Below are positions 62,464 through 64,000 of a DNA stretch of 64,000 bases, piece by piece. The notes under the pieces are model-generated. The model was not told the DNA's origin. It worked only from the letters and a program-made list of their open reading frames with translations, and made no database searches. Each line of letters starts with the position of its first letter. The stretch's first letter is position 1. The DNA comes from Mytilus edulis (lineage: Eukaryota), in contig NC_092345.1 in NCBI RefSeq assembly GCF_963676685.1, positions 104,718,001-104,782,000 on the forward strand, written 5' to 3'. A program made the translations under genes and the position numbers.

Positions 62464-63180
62464 TTATTATACGCCTGGCAAAATTTTGATTGGACGTATT
62501 ATGGTATACAAATGTCCGGTGTCTGTCCGTCTGTCAGGTATAAACATGTCACACTGTATCTTGAGAAAGACTTATCCAAATTTCATGAAAATTAATATAT
62601 TTGTTTCTTATAATGGTCAAATGATCTGTATATTTTTTGGTGAAAATAAGATTTATACTTTTTGAGTTACAGCAAACAAAAGCTGGATCTAATATTTCAG
62701 CATTTTTTAAGTCTGAGGCCCCTCCACTTCCTGCTAAATTGGCTAGACGGTCATAACGTCCTTGTGACAAAACAAATAATCTATGATAATTCTGTAAAGA
62801 TCTGTATACTTTTTGGTGATGACTCAAAATTTTATTTTTGAGTTATTGAGTATTTTGTAAAAAAGGGGATGTTTTTTTTATTTTACATGTCACGCCGTAT
62901 CTCAAAAATTGCTTGAAACTGTACACACTTCTTTGTTATATTAATCTAAAGATCTGTATACTTTTTGGTTTGATTCAAAATTTTATTTTAGTGATATTTA
63001 GTTGTTTTTTTTTAAAACACAGGGTGGGGGGGGGGGGGGGGGGGGTTTCACATGTCCCGCTGTGTCTCAAAAACAATAAATGGTTATAGCTTAAAACTTT
63101 CTCAGAAACTATTGATGATTATTGCATAAAACTTCCACACAAGACGTCGGGCGTATCATGCCCTCATGGCGCAGCTGTTT
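62464..63180 (+). mobile_element. Helentron-type non-autonomous element
   Basis: ATACGCC / GGCGTAT subterminal inverted repeat, gtctgtccgtctgtc microsatellite, 3' hairpin plus gtt. Confidence 0.7.
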
Positions 63181-63236
63181 ATTTTTATCTAATTATTGCT
63201 TTTCAGACTCTTTAAATATAAAGGAAATTATGACCA

Positions 63237-64000
63237 TTAATTCATGTTATCTTTGTTTATAGGTGTACCAGTACCTATGACCTTCATATGAACCACTTTG
63301 GATTATTGGGATTAATTCATGTTATCTTTGTTTGTAGGGGTACCAGTACCTATGACCTTCATATGAACCACTTTGGATTATTGGGATTAATTCATGTTAT
63401 CTTTGTTTGTAGGGGTACCAGTACCTATGACCTTCATATGAAACACTTTGGATTATTGGGATTAATTCATGTTATCTTTGTTTATAGGGGTACCAGTACC
63501 TATGACCTTCATATGAAACACTTTGGATTATTGGGATTAATTCATGTTATCTTTGTTTATAGGGGTACCAGTACCTATGACCTTCATATGAACCACTTTG
63601 GATTATGACCATTAATTCATGTTATCTTTGTTTGTAGGGGTACCAGTACCTATGACCTTCATATGAACCACTTTGGATTATTGGGATTAATTCATGTTAT
63701 CTTTGTTTATAGGGGTACCAGTACCTATGACCTTCATATGAATCACTTTGGATTATGACCATTAATTCATGTTATCTTTGTTTGTAGGGGTACCAGTACC
63801 TATGACCTTCATATGAACCACTTTGGATTATTGGGATTAATTCATGTTATCTTTGTTTATAGGGGTACCAGTACCTATGACCTTCATATGAATCACTTTG
63901 GATTATGACCATTAATTCATGTTATCTTTGTTTGTAGGGGTACCAGTACCTATGACCTTCATATGAACCACTTTGGATTATTGGGATTAATTCATGTTAT
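63237..64000 (+). repeat. 75-bp tandem array made of an ICE2 splice acceptor plus exon start (~10 copies, runs off window)
   Basis: Unit ttaattcatgttatctttgttt(a/g)tag|GGGTACCAGTACCTATGACCTTCATATGAACCACTTTGGATTA; encodes (R)GTSTYDLHMNHFGL, the expected continuation of NARG2_C. Confidence 0.9.

Noticed and set aside
63288-63608. Independent 106-aa repeat protein
   Set aside because: Translation of the duplicated acceptor/exon array, not a separate gene.

Overview
AT-rich, intron-containing animal genomic DNA. The repeat landscape suggests a bivalve mollusc such as a mytilid mussel (inference). Three host genes can be assembled with GT-AG boundaries and consistent phases: (1) the last two coding exons and long 3' region of an ARL5-type small GTPase (+, 3986-5337); (2) a complete 7-exon, ~527-aa gene with two degenerate cyclic-nucleotide-binding domains (-, 10600-20768); (3) head-to-head with it, ICE2/NARG2, a little elongation complex subunit (+, ATG 21966, at least 17 exons, running off the window end). 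Introns are packed with nested mobile DNA: two 5'-truncated LINEs, Helentron-type non-autonomous elements with internal satellites, and hAT-, MULE- and TTAA-TSD TIR elements. The two most notable objects are: (a) an intact, intron-containing Crypton-type tyrosine recombinase element (54026-56637) bounded by 10-bp inverted repeats and ending in a 61-bp-arm palindrome, sitting in tandem behind a short non-coding sibling with the same ends and compensatory changes in the palindrome; (b) a Penelope-like (Naiad-type) retroelement whose 3' UTR carries a well-formed type-2 SECIS (25680-25745). A third pattern is repeated tandem duplication of splice junctions at several exons. There is a 100-N assembly gap at 30648-30747.
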